A DNA stretch of 63,843 bases, the filler included, from Phoronis australis (lineage: Eukaryota > Animalia > Phoronida): NCBI GenBank assembly GCA_002633005.1. It is 7 parts of 7 records of this genome, joined end to end, with 100 filler letters (N's around TTAATTAATTAA, not from the genome) between each part and the next. Parts side by side here need not be neighbours in the genome. Positions count along the whole stretch, not along the records: positions 1 to 18,277 come from NMRA01001171.1; 6 more parts are not named here. One strand, given 5' to 3'. The position numbers and the translations under genes are program-made. The notes beneath the pieces are model-generated. The model was not told the origin of the DNA. It saw nothing but the letters and a program-made list of their open reading frames with translations, and made no database searches. This document shows positions 1-12,420 of this stretch, piece after piece. How positions within the stretch are numbered: the first letter of the stretch is position 1; each line of letters starts with the position of its first letter.

Positions 1-992
1 GGAGGCCAGTGGAGGCCAGTGGAGGACGCTGGAGGCCATTTAGGGCGAGTAGTAGCGGATGGAGTATTGTGGAGGCCAGTGGAGGCCAGTGGACACCACT
101 GGAGGCCAGTGGAGGCCCAGGAGGACCGTGGAGGACAGTAGAGGCCAGTGATGGCCAGTGGAGGCCACTGAAAGCCTGCGGAGGCAAGGAGAGGGCAGTG
201 ATGGCTAATGGAGACCATTGGAGGCCAGCAGAGCCCAGCGAGGGTCAGCAAAGGCCAGCGGAGGTCACTGTAGGCCATTGGAAGCCGCTGGAGGTCCCTG
301 GAGGACAGTGGAGGCCAGTTTAACCCAGTGGAGGCCGGTTGAGGCCAGCGGAGGCCAGTGGAGGTCAGCAGAAGGCAGCGGAAGGCAGCGGAAGCTAGCG
401 GAGGACAATGGAGTACAGCGGCTGTAGGCGGAGGCCAGCGGAGGCCGTCACGGGAGCCCAGTGGAGGCTACTGGAGGTCACTCGAGGCCAGTGGATGCCA
501 GAGGAAGCGAGTGGGGGGCCAATGGACACCTGTGGAGGCAAGTAGACGCCAGTGGACGCCAGTGAAGGCCAGTGGAGACAAGTAGAAGCCTGTGGAAGCC
601 AGTGAAGTCCAGAGGAAACCAGTGGAGACCGTGTTCATCCGTGGAGGCCAATAGGGGCTAGTGGAGGGCAGTAGAAACGAGTGAAGGTCATTGGAGGCCA
701 GTGGGGGCTACTGGAAGCCACTGGAGGCCAGTGGAGGCCACTGGAGGGCAGTGGGGGCTACTGGAAGCCACTGGAGGCCAGTGGAGGCCAGTGGAGGCCA
801 GCGGAGGCCAGATGAGGTAAGCGGAGGCTAGCGGAGGATACTGGAGGCCACTTAGAGGCGACGGGAGACTCGTGGAGGCAAGTGGAGGCCAGCAGAGACC
901 AGTGGAGGCCAGTGGATGCCAGTAGAAGCGAGTGGAGTCCAATGGAGACCAGTGGAGGCAAGTAGACGCCAGTGGAGGCTAGTGGAGACCAG
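1..992 (+). repeat. Degenerate 10-bp minisatellite (GGAGGCCAGT)n
   Basis: Roughly 100 degenerate copies of GGAGGCCAGT from the window start; the repetitive ORFs (WRPVEASGGQ-like) are by-products. Confidence 0.95.
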
Positions 993-1590
993 TCAAAATG
1001 TCGAGTGTTCGTAGCTGATAAAAATATTTGCAGTATAGTGTACTTTTTCACAGGCGTTCGAATCGCATACGAGAGAACCATGGTGACAACTTATAGAGAG
1101 AGAAACAAGAGAGATGTTGATAAACATACTGAGTTTATGATACGCTAAATGTAAAATACAAAGCTATATAAACTTACAACACATCATTACCTTCCGTCGT
1201 CATTGTACCCTCACTAGGTTTGGAACGGTTCCCAAATCGCCTAAGTCAGTTCCCCAAGTTGAGTAATGAAAAGTTTGTAAATTAACGTAAAAGCTAAAAG
1301 TCGAGAAGTTGAGACTCTAACCCGATAGTAGCGATACCCAATAGAGTTAAAAAGTTGAGATTTTTACCAGATAGAAACGAAACCCGGTAGAATCCGAAGT
1401 TTGAGCGTGAGGTGCCCATTTTTAAAGGCGTATTCGCACTGCGAATGTTCCAAGTTGCGCTAAATTAGGGGACTCAAGTTAAACGTAAAAACCAATCAAA
1501 ATACAAAGTGAAAATTTCGCCATCGGAAGTGCCAAATAAGGAATTGACCATCTTAAACCCCTCTAAAATATACGGGCAAATCACAATTAA

Positions 1591-3962
1591 GGTCCATATT
1601 CGGTGGCCACTTTTGGTGAAAAATGAAGGTTGTAACATAACTGTAAAAGCTAATTTATTATAAAGTACCATCATTCCAGGTTTATAATCTAAAATATTTT
1701 TGCACAAGAACCACCAAATAAAATTTTATGGCCTAATGCATCGCAGTTGTATTTAAGGGTACGAACACTACAACTTGCGGTCACAGCCCGCTTCTATCAT
1801 GCAAAAATTCATAAGGTAGCTGTTAATTTAATAGGTTTTTGATCAAATTGAAGAAGTATCACATACTAAAGTAAAAAAAAAAATATTACTGTGCTGATCA
1901 AGTTCCTCTAATTGATCATTACATTGCTTTTCTTAACACAGTATAGTGAGAACTTCTTCTCTTGCAACATTATCCTTACAAAAAGAAAATGATAAGTATC
2001 TACTTTTTTCAAAAACTTTATTGGTGCTTTTTGCCTAGTTTTCAACACATTCACCAGTTGGTCAAAATAGTTAAAGCAATGCTAGGCCCAGTACTCAACT
2101 TCTAAACAATAAAAAATGGTACTGGTTGGGGGGTACGTGCACTACGCACAGTCAATCAATGTCAAATTTTGACTAAGTTACAAGTGTATGGGATGATCTC
2201 GAGTTTTGTGCTGCCTCTACTAGATGTTTTGTTGCAAGTTGTCTTGAGAAACAAAGAACCTGACTCTGCAACATCAGTTGTCACATGACGTGTCTTCCAG
2301 AATGTTACTAGCCAAGTCCTGTGCTGCATTTTATTGCCCACAAATTTGTTAATGTGCCATTGTTTTTCATTGTTTTATTTTTGTCAGACTGGATGCATTT
2401 TGGAAACATCAGAATTGTTCATGAGAATAGCTGTATTTAAGAATACTTGTCAGCAATACTTTATGGCACAGAGGTTGAATGTACATACACTACACAGGGG
2501 TACGTACACTACATTTTAATGACTTGTCAGGTCTAGGTTCATACAAAAATACTTAGAATCTACTGAAAGTTAGTTCATATACCAAATCTACTCAAAGAGA
2601 ACAAATAAAAGGTACAGCATACATATAATAATGCATATATGTCTGTCATTCTTTGAAAACAAGCACACGTTAAATTTAGGGTTACGTACACTACATAAAT
2701 GCTAATACTTCCCTTAAAACAAATGTATTTGTAATTAACACCCTTTTAAGCTATCATTTTTAATGGAGGGAACTGTCTGTGACAAATATTACTTACTTAC
2801 CGTGTAATATTTTTGTTTCATGGTATTTGTTCATATCGGGGTACGTACACTAAACAGGGGTACTTACAATACATTTTAATGACGTGTCAGGTTTGTAACT
2901 AAATACTAAGAATGTACCGAGAGTTAGTCGATTTACTAAATCAATACAAAGAGAAAAAAATTAAAAGCACAGCATTCATGTGCATATCTGCCATACTTTT
3001 AAAATAGGCACAAATTAAAATATAGGGATACGTACACTACACGAATGCCAATATTTCACTCAAAACAAATGTATTTGCAATAAACATCCTTTTAACCTAA
3101 CAAATTTAAGAAAGGAAACTGTCTATGACCAATGTTGCTCCCTTACCAGGTGATATTTTTATTTCATTGCATTTGTAAACATAGGGGTACGTACACTACA
3201 GACGGGGGGTATGTANGGGGGGGGGGTACGTACACACTACATCACTGTTTCTGCATCACGTGGTAACATAATGTTGTATGGCCATTTATTTTTCTTTGAT
3301 GATATTAAGCATGTTGTTATTTAAAGGGTAACAATTTCATTTGCAATGACCATTTGTGTTACTGAATTCCACATGGGGGTACGTACACTACATTTTTTTT
3401 TAGCTTTTTGGCCCATTTTCAACATAGCAGAACCCAGTCAATATCCAAACTTTTGGTTTGTTTAGATATTGAATAATTTGCTGTGTTGCCTAGGGTAATA
3501 TGTTCTTCAGTTCTTTTTATTACAGAGTGTGAACTTTAGTTTTAAACCTTCTTTATAGTAGGTGAGGGTTAGAAACACAGAATTTACAAATTTCGTAACG
3601 AGTGCCTGTTTTATGATGAACACAACCATTTCTCAATGATCAACCACAACTTCATTAAGTGATTCTGAAAGTGTTATTCCCAGTCATATCTAAACAGTTC
3701 CTTACTTAATTGAATAAATTTCTTTTCTACTGTTGATACCTGAAAATTGTAATTTTTAAAATGGCCACTCGTAACGCTAAAAATGCATGAAGTTCATAGA
3801 CAAAAACATGCATAAATTTCTCAAACAATGGCCGATTTTGATGATTCGTTTTTTAATTTGCACAACTAAATAACTCTATTCATATGAGATTCAGTTGGCG
3901 TTTGGTAAGTGACCAAAAAATTTATTTTAGAGCGTAACACTGTCAACTCTGGAATATGGACC
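1591..3962. mobile_element. Putative non-autonomous DNA transposon (Kolobok-like: TTAA/TTGA flanks, GG..CC ends) with internal repeats
   Basis: TTAA(1587-1590)-GGTCCATATTC ... GAATATGGACC-TTGA(3963-3966). Internally about 9 copies of a GGGGTACGTACACTACA motif (2130-3392) and a ~360-bp direct repeat (~2495-2850 vs ~2855-3200). Confidence 0.55.
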
Positions 3963-4167
3963 TTGATTGTGATTTAGCATATAGTTATCAATCCACTCTA
4001 GCTTCTGGTCTTAACTGACGACTCGTCTTTACTCACGAGTCCATCAATAGACGGCGCTCCCGTCACATAAGTATCTATCAAACCACAGACTATAGCAAAG
4101 ACGCTAACGGTCTCTGGGACTGCCAAGCGACTAGAGCGACGTCTTTCGTGAAAATGCCGGAAACCAG

Positions 4168-4320
4168 CTCCCCTCGTTCAGTAACGCTAGGACCTTGCTA
4201 AAAAGCAAGACTTCGCGAGATTACGTGAGATATAGCCGTGCACGTAAAATAAGAGCACGTGACTTTGACTAGGTTTTAGCTAGGTCCTAGCGTAGGTCCT
4301 AGCGTCTACTGAACGCACGC
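4168..4320 (+). mobile_element. MITE family A (Harbinger-like, CAG TSD), copy 1
   Basis: CAG on both sides; inverted ends CGTTCAGTA-ACGCTAGGACCT / AGGTCCTAGCGTCTACTGAACG; close copies at 33631-33771 and 60321-60471. Confidence 0.85.
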
Positions 4321-4323
4321 CAG

Positions 4324-4732
4324 GGCCCGGTCTCCAATCTTTTTGCTCGAAATGGAACTCGAAATTAGGTTTGGCATTTTCTACTCTACTTTTGGGCGAA
4401 CTCAAGATAAGTGTCTATTATTCTATGCTCGAGTACACAATAATAGAGATAATTAGTAGATAATTCATTGCCCTTAGTTCACAGTTTGTAAACCCAATAT
4501 TAAAGCAATAAGTTCGAGTTTGAACTCGAAATTTCGAGTTTTTACTCAAGTTTGTAGCACGAATATAAGGGTCTTCGAAGGGCAAACTTGAACTAGAAAC
4601 TCCTATGCATAAACTATAATGTATTCGAGCTCAGTCTGATAACCAATTATCTTAAGTTGGCACAAAAGGAGCAGAGAAATTGACAAAAATAGTTTCGAGT
4701 TCGTTTCGAGTACAAAGATTAGAGACCGGGCC
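4324..4732 (+). mobile_element. MITE family B (PIF/Harbinger-like, CAG TSD)
   Basis: ~40-bp imperfect TIR GGCCCGGTCTCCAATCTTT.. / ..AAAGATTAGAGACCGGGCC; CAG at 4321-4323 and 4733-4735; internal AACTCGAAA/TTCGAGTT repeats. Confidence 0.85.
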
Positions 4733-5053
4733 CAGGTTTAGTCTCCTCCACCCTCCACAGACCCAAGTTATCCGTGACGTCATCTTGTGAGGCCCGGGAA
4801 CCAGGTTAAAACCAGGTTAGACTATAGAGCAGACGAGACAACGACATTTGTAAGGTTGGTACGTGTAGGTCTGTGATTTGATTTGGTAGCGTTTTTTGAC
4901 TTGCAAAAAAAAACTGAGAAAAGCCAACCGAGCTCACTGGCGGATTTAGAGGGAGGGGGGGAAAGGGGTCATTAATGGCATAAAATTCTCCCAGATTCCA
5001 TTTGGCAGTTCGAGGGTGCGAATGTCTGACGGGCAAAAGTTGCCAAAAGCCTG

Positions 5054-5301
5054 GGGCCCGTTCCAACAAAACTGACTTAGCTAAGACAAATCTTAAGTTT
5101 TTGTAAATTTTAAAATAAAAGTTAAATTTGTCTCAAAACCAATTCAAGAAAGAGATCTTAAGTTTGTTTTAAGTGTTTGACAGAAGTTTTGTCCTAATTT
5201 TGACTTACTTGCCTAATGTGGAAGTTTCAAAGTTTGGAAGTTAAGACAAATCTTAAACTTAAGTCAAAAATGAACTTAAGTCAGTTTCTTGGAACAGGCC
5301 C
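5054..5301 (+). mobile_element. MITE family C (PIF/Harbinger-like, CTG TSD)
   Basis: TIR GGGCCCGTTCCAACAAAACTGACTTA / TAAGTCAGTTTCTTGGAACAGGCCC; CTG at 5051-5053 and 5302-5304; internal TAAGACAAATCTTAA repeats. Confidence 0.85.
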
Positions 5302-5321
5302 CTGGTTAATAATTAGCCCTG

Positions 5322-5440
5322 GGCCCGGTCTCCAATCTTTTTACTCGAAATGGAACTCGAAATTAGGTTTGGCATTTTCTACTCAACTTTTGGGCGAACT
5401 CAAGATAAGTGTCTATTATTCTATGCTCGAGTACACAATA
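5322..5440 (+). mobile_element. Truncated second copy of MITE family B (left end only)
   Basis: Near-identical to 4324-4442, preceded by CTG; stops shortly before an N at 5452. Confidence 0.8.
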
Positions 5441-5806
5441 ACTTACGTAGANCGCACGTGCGCGGTCGAGGTTTGACTTGAGTTTAAAAACAACTGAAAA
5501 AATGGAACAGTGACATATTGTCAGTTCAACGAAATGGTTTCATTGTGGAAAAAGATTTTATTTTCAACTTTTATAACCGATTTATGCGATCGTCCATTTT
5601 AGGCCTACTTGGGGGTCTAAATTGCACCCTCTCTCGGTGAAATCAAAACGAGGCAACGCTGTAAAAAACGAGACGATGCCGGACATTGAATGCATTACAA
5701 TGGAACAAAAATTGGTGTCATTTAATTCTCAGATTATGCTTCAAGTAAGATTTTATGAAATGTCCGATATTTAGGTTCCGTCCGATAATTAGGTACACTA
5801 TGTGTA

Positions 5807-6422
5807 CAAGGTATGACACTCCCGATCAGAAATTCCACGGGTGCTTCACTTCAGTCGTCCATATCAGACACAAAACTCAATAAATTTACACAAAACATTA
5901 GGTTTCAACCATACCATTAGCAATTGTTCTTTCTTCTTATACTATTCACGGTGTCCTGCTCTAGCGAGATTGCAACAAATTCGCAGTCAAAGCACAAAAA
6001 TGTTCCCAAAAAGCCAACTCATCGAGCCTCCTTGGACAGTTCGAGGTCAAGGACGGTACGGAATTATCCGATGAGTTACAGATGGACGGCAATTGCCGGT
6101 TCACAATGGAAGATTACGAAATGGTTTGGAGTTATCGATGCCGTGACACACCGTGACATGAATCGGCAATTGCCGTACCGTCCTTGACCTTGAACCGTCC
6201 AAGGATCTTGCTCGATGCGTTGGCTTTTTGGGAACATTTTTGTGCTTTGACTGCGAATTTGTTGCGATCTCGCTAGAGCAGGACACCGTGAATGGTATTA
6301 GAAGAAAGAACAATTATTAATGGTTTGTTGAAACCTTGTTTTGTGTAATATTGAGTTTAGTGTTTGATGAACGGCTGAAGTGAAGCACCCGTGGAATTTC
6401 TGGTCGGGAGTGTCATTCCTTG
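5807..6422. mobile_element. Foldback MITE with ~250-bp inverted arms, TA flanks
   Basis: 5807-~6060 is the diverged reverse complement of ~6172-6422 (CAAGGTATGACACTCCCGATCAGAAATTCCACGGGTGC..); TA at 5805-5806 and 6423-6424. The mirror ORFs 5924+ and 6101- reflect this. Confidence 0.85.
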
Positions 6423-6639
6423 TAGTATTATATATGGTGTATTGGGGGATCTGAAGCTGAGGACGCCTGTGATCCCGCGTATTTTAAACGGGCGGTAGAC
6501 CAAATACGGCCACCGATTTTGAGTTTTCACCTTGTCAAAAATACATTCTACACTCAAAACTATCGCTTAAGAATGAGCTTATTTTCTTCAGTAATATCCT
6601 TTCTGCTTCTACACATATCTTCGATGAAGCATATCTACT

Positions 6640-6775
6640 AGAATTGAGGTGACTTTGGAGAAGGCTTCTAACTCCACTTTTTGGTCACCATTAACTTTTT
6701 CACAGCGCACGCGATAACCACAAAATATTTCAACTGAGTCACGTGAGTTAGGCAAAGCCTAGCGCGAGACTGAGC
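6640..6775 (+). repeat. Dispersed repeat, inverted copy at ~29830-29965
   Basis: AGGTGACTTTGGAGAAG..CTCCACTTTTTGG..GCGATAACCACAA..CTAGCGCGAGACT matches the reverse complement of 29830-29965. Confidence 0.75.
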
Positions 6776-9700
6776 AAAGCTTGGACCTGCCTCATGACAC
6801 TTGCAAAATAGCATGGGAAGATATCACATGTGGAGAATTTCTGGCTTAATTACACTGGTCACTGCTCTGGTTCCTTAAGCACCAGACAACTTTTAGGATG
6901 GCTATTCAACACCCCCTTTGTATTGTTGTAGATCTGAGCTAATGAAGTGGAAGGTAATAGCTAGCACTACTTTCTTAACAATGGTGGTTGTTATTACACC
7001 CAAATTGGTTTTCTGTGGCATTGGCACAGAGTTAATGCTTGCAATGTGGAGAGTAGTTTTAACTTGGTACATTTTAAATATTACAAAAAGACTTAAAAGT
7101 TAATTTGTGTTCAGGTGGTGAGTCAGCATGCATAAATAATTGGCTGATAAGCCACCCCTAGAACTAATTTTGGCTGAATGGATGACCAGGCCATAAAATG
7201 ATAATTAGCCAAGACTATAGTTAAATAATGCTGCATGGAATAGTTCATACCTCCAGGGCAATTTTGAAAGAGTGGGCATATTGTGCTAGTCTTTCAGCAA
7301 AAGTGTGTTAAAAACCAACCTCTGATTTTCTGGATTATGCAAACATTAAACTTCAAATTACAGCGTTTTCATTTCCGCCATTCTCATAGGTAATGGAAAC
7401 AAGCAAAAATTGGCAACAATCCGTACGAGCAATTAAAATATATTGCATCATCACCTAGCCTTGGTGCCTGTATTCGCACTAATAAGCGCCCTGGGCGCTA
7501 AGAAAAAAATCGTTTTAGGGGAGGGGGCACTTGTTGTAGCCTAAGGCGGTTGAAGACTGGTCTCCAGAACGGGTGAAATCGGAACCTAGGATTCATCAAA
7601 TTTAAACTCTATGACGTATCCGTAACCTATCACAGTCTCTCTAAAAAATTGTGGTGTATTGCTATCAAACTTCCTTGCGAAATTACGATCATTTTTAAGA
7701 AAATGTGCTGAAATCCCAGGGCGCAAACTTGCCAACTGATGCGTCGCTGCCTCGGGATCGTTGATAGGGCAAATTTGAATTCTTGAATAAAAATACTATT
7801 TCGACTCAACAAATTTCCTGAAATCCTCCTTAAGTTTTCCAAGTAACATCCCTGTGACATTTAAGCTCCTGCAGAGTCGGGATAAAATGCAGATTAAATC
7901 CAAATGTGCGTTACATTGTAACCTGCAACGCGAGAAAAATCTATGGACGAACATATACATGCTGTCACGTGACGTTTGTTTTGAAGTTTGTCTGCGTATG
8001 TGTGTGAGCTAGGAACCAGTAGGTGTGAGTGAGCGAGCGCGTACGTGTCATTAAAGTTCATTAGCCAGAGTAAACGCAATGTAACGATCTAGGTGTGTAT
8101 TACAACTAAAGAAATTGACTAGCAGAACGTGTTTTATTTAGCACTTGCTGGTCTCATCTGCTAAAAACATTCGAGAATTGTCTTGGTAAGGGTGACTGGA
8201 TACGTGACAGTCTAACACATATTTTTCGGGAGATTCGGAGTGTTAGGGTCCCAAAGTGTTCACTATCAGTGTGTCATTTTGACTTTAAAAACACCAATCG
8301 TGATTGACTAAATAATTCTTCTTAAAAATAACGTAAAAGTTATTTACGGTATTAAAAAATTTCGAACAAGAGTGCCAATACATCTGGCGATGCTATGCCA
8401 CCGTTTCATGAATAGATATAGTTCCCGACTAATGTGTTTGATGACAGCGCGCGCTTCTGGCCACGTGCTTTTAACACTGGTCAAGTTCTTCATGACAAGG
8501 TGACGAGTAGAACTACCCGGGCGGTGTGAAGTTTTGGGGTCTAGCGGAGATACACACAGGCAGTGGTACCTAGTCAACCAGCTAGCTGTATGAAGACTAT
8601 AGTCTAAATCCAAATTCGTTTTATCGTGTTCTTGTCAATAAAGTTTGTTCGAAGTACGTCAGGAAAATATCGACAATACTTCCCGCGGATCCCGTGTTTT
8701 GTATTCATACGTGCACTCACAGTGAATTACATGAAATCTCCGATTTGACGTTATGACAATGAATGAAAACAATGAAATTTAATACAATGTCGTTTTAGAG
8801 CTTGTAATAGCTATCATAAACTTATTTTGCATATGTCTTCAAAAACTAAATAACACACCGAGTAGGTCTACATTTATACTGTCCTAACTTGGGTCCTATA
8901 TTTTTGTACTTGTGCGAGTGGAAGTAATCGTGAGTGTTGCTTTGTTGCAAAATCTTATCCTAGGCTGATTTGAAAAATTCAAAGTTGAACCATCATTTTT
9001 CGCTCCTCTTTTCAAATATTACACTCAGAACTATGTAAAATGCTCTCCAGATGAAGTACGGTCATCTAGGCTAGATTGTAATCAGCTGATCGTATCGGCA
9101 TGAGCGAAGTCAATTATCCTTGCTGGTGACTCGATGAATAGAGCAGCTAGACGGGATCCCTTTGATCATGAGCTGAGTGCGACACAGCCAAGGTGGATAA
9201 GTACGGTCTAGTTCAATCTGCCAAACCCTACAGTTTTCCCTGATCAGTGGGGTTTGACGTCACCTCGTATTGTGGGAATGTTTATGGCATGTTGATCTTG
9301 ACAAAGGAGCACTTCGATCCCAATGGAACCTTGGTTTTAAATATGTGTCATACCTGTTTTCATTACTTTATTTTTAATACTCCTGTCTACTTGTTTTTTC
9401 TTCTTACCTGTTAGGTTTGCTATCTTTTTATTTTGTTTTTGAAGGAAGTATCAAAACAACTTAAAAGTCAGTTAATTGTGAACCTATCCCTGACTTATCC
9501 ATATTAAAGCTACACCACACATGTCACAGCAAACAAAACTACACACGTGATTAGTTCAATTTCAATCTTTATTAGAACTCAAATCATAAAATATAGACAA
9601 AAGCACAAATATGGTGATAGCCAAACTGAGGATTTAGAACCTCTGGACAAATTTTGGTTGCTGTAACTACATAACTATTCTAGCTTTTCCCGAGTCATAA

Positions 9701-11708
9701 AAAATGAAATCACAGCTCTTGCCCACCGACCAACCAGATCCACTGTTTGCACTCTCTCGTTAACTACAAAGCTAGCCATCTTAGTTGTCTTCACAGGTGT
9801 TTCATTACGAACTACAAGCTAACTATCGAAATTGGCGCATTTCCGTGAATATCAGTTGTCTGGTTAGTGTACTCCTCGAGTAAAGTAGTTCGGCATGCCC
9901 TGGACCATAAGCGATGATTTAAAAGTTATTGAGATCTAATTTAGTCACTGTGTGTTGTTTATAGATGTTTCAATGCAGCTTAGTTGTATATTAAAAGAAT
10001 AATCCATGTGATATTGTTAAATCTGATCAGCATTTGTAAATCCACCGAGTATATCAATACCCACAGTCGTTTGTCTCCAATCATACCCATTGTTCGTAGT
10101 ATTTAGCTTAATAGTTCAGTGATTTTTAAAAATCGAAAACCAAACTTGGTTGTTTTTTCCATCTGAATACTGCTGTGATATTTGTTTTTAACGAAAACTG
10201 TTACTTAATGCATTTTGAACATTCGCCAGTATGTACAGGTAGAGATGTTTACTAGTTTATGGTTGGGTAATTACACTTAATTGGGTCTTGCTCGCACCGG
10301 ACAAAGCGGTCATGGTAACTCAGTCTGAATCTGGCGCAACACTCCCTTTGATCCTGGTAAAAGCTGCTCAGAAGGACGAGCAGTGAAAAGTCACGCATAT
10401 CTTTAGAAATGTGTGACTTTCGTGTAAGCGCATTATTCACGACATGAGGTGGAATTTGTGAGTTTTGTGTCCCTTGGACTTTTTGTTTGTTAACAGGGGT
10501 GATATCTCGTAACTTCCTCAAAATGGCACCCGGTGAGAGAAACTCAAGTGAACCGCGACAGATTTTCATGGATATCTTCAAGTTATGCTGACTAAATTTT
10601 AATCAGAGTCATGGTATGTGTTAGTTATAACTCCATGTGCATTTATGCATGTTTCATTCGATCTTATTTGCTGTATTTTGAAATGCGTAACTTTTTATGG
10701 GGATGTACTATTGCCCCTGATAGGCAATTGCGTTGCCCTGGATGTCACAGGCATACAGGGGCAATAGTGTGTCACGAGCTTTGCTCAGTCTTAGTTTTAG
10801 AACAATCCGGGTTATCACCACTTTGATACATCCTAGATTCCCTTATTCCTGTTATATCAGTGATGTGGATTCATGAACACGCATCTTTGTGAAGAAATGG
10901 AAAAACACAAAACTTGTAAAGGTGACAGTACATTTTATGCTAGTTTTTTCATTTGTTATAATTATATTTTTCTTGATGTTTCTTCAATTTCAAATGCAAA
11001 ATGACAGCATTGCCAAATTTTCTTTAGTGGCAATAACAAATGAGAAGGAAATATTGTTTTATTAACCAGCTAACACATGATGAAATTTTGAACATTTTCA
11101 GCAATGCAGCAAGCTCTTGAAAACAAGAATATAATTTTAGCAACTATTTTTTTCGAATTCAAGGACCTTTACTGTACCTATCATGCATTGCAGGAAATCA
11201 CATGTAAGACGACCAAAAATCATATCTTTTCAAAACAGCACCTCAAGTCCTCGTTTGTACGGCACATTAGGTACCATTCCCCTGGAGTGTAAAAATCAAG
11301 AAATTTCGACTATCACGATCTAATCTGGAATCACTGTGGATTAAACTTATCAAGCAAGCCTTTTGTGTTGTTACACAATACTGTGGTTAAGCTAGTTAGA
11401 ACTTACAGTCACTCAAAGGAAGGAAGTTGGTCTAATTTCATTGACAGTCAATCATTTTTTCTCCATTCAAAGTTTTTTGTGAACGAATTTCATACAAAAT
11501 GCATCTACTTCACAACATTTGTTGAAAGTCGTTTGCAAATGGTATTTTGAAATAAAGGTTTTAGTCAGTCAGGCTGTTTACAACATAATTGCTGGATTAC
11601 ATGAACTTATCAGACAAAAGGGCAGACATTAAGAGAGGTGGACTATGCAAACATTGGTTTGCCACTGTCAAACTGATATTGACAGCCATGTTCCCCACTG
11701 GCCCATCA

Positions 11709-11990
11709 CCCAGTAAACATGCAGGTAATGGGCCAACAATGCTCCTGAACTGTCTTCTGTATTGGCCCAATTTTGTTGGCCAGTACTGGCCCAATAACAT
11801 TTTGCAGTTCCGTTTGGTACTAGGCCGGTACTGAGTGGCTATACACGGCCAGTACCAGGCCATTATTGGGCCAATACAGCACAATCGGTTTCAGCTCCAT
11901 AAAGGCCCAGTATCGATGCACTGTTGGACCCGTATTAGGCCAATGAAAGTGCAGTGGTGAGCTAGTACAGTACTATTATTGGACCATTAA
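11709..11990 (+). mobile_element. Possible EnSpm/CACTA-type non-autonomous end with subterminal repeats
   Basis: Starts CCCAGTAAACA, followed by many TTGGCCCAATA/TATTGGGCCAA-like motifs in both orientations; partner end not found. Confidence 0.4.
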
Positions 11991-12263
11991 TGTTTTCTTT
12001 ACAGTCCCAACATAGGAATATTGCATGTGCAGCTGTGACTAACAATAAGAAAAAGCTCTTGTTCTTTAATACTTTATCAATAGGAAAGAACTAAGGTAAA
12101 AAGTACTTACAAAATATGAGTGAACAAAAGATAAAATATCTTCATAAAAATAAGCAACATAACTAACAACTTCTTACAAAATTGTCTCAGGTTTGTTAGT
12201 GGACTGGGGGCACCTTTGGCGGTTTCACTCAGTCTTCGTCCACCTTCCCTGTAGCCAGACTAT

Positions 12264-12420
12264 TTCTCACATGACCTGGAATGTGTTATGACATGACTGG
12301 TTAATATAACACCGAAAAAATAATTGTTTGATATTACATGGGCGAATCACAAAGTAGTGCAAAGTAGGAATCCATACACCTATACATCGCATCGTCTGCA
12401 AAATACCAATACCTACAACC
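12264..12420 (+). repeat. Dispersed repeat, second copy at ~41947-42095
   Basis: Shared TTTCTCACATGACCTGGAA..CATGGGCGAATCACAAAG..AGTGCAAAGTAG..ATCGTCTGCAAAA. Confidence 0.8.

Noticed and set aside
9-1081. Repetitive ORFs (WRPVEASGGQ / PLASTGLHW)
   Set aside because: Translations of a 10-bp satellite, open in several frames on both strands.
5841-6313. Pair of similar signal-peptide-like ORFs on opposite strands
   Set aside because: Mirror translations of the foldback arms, with non-ATG starts.
11104-11292. ORF ending ..IRYHSPGV as the DAW1 N-terminus (LRYYPPG)
   Set aside because: Only a short partial match, followed by a stop, with no fitting start codon or downstream DAW1 exons.
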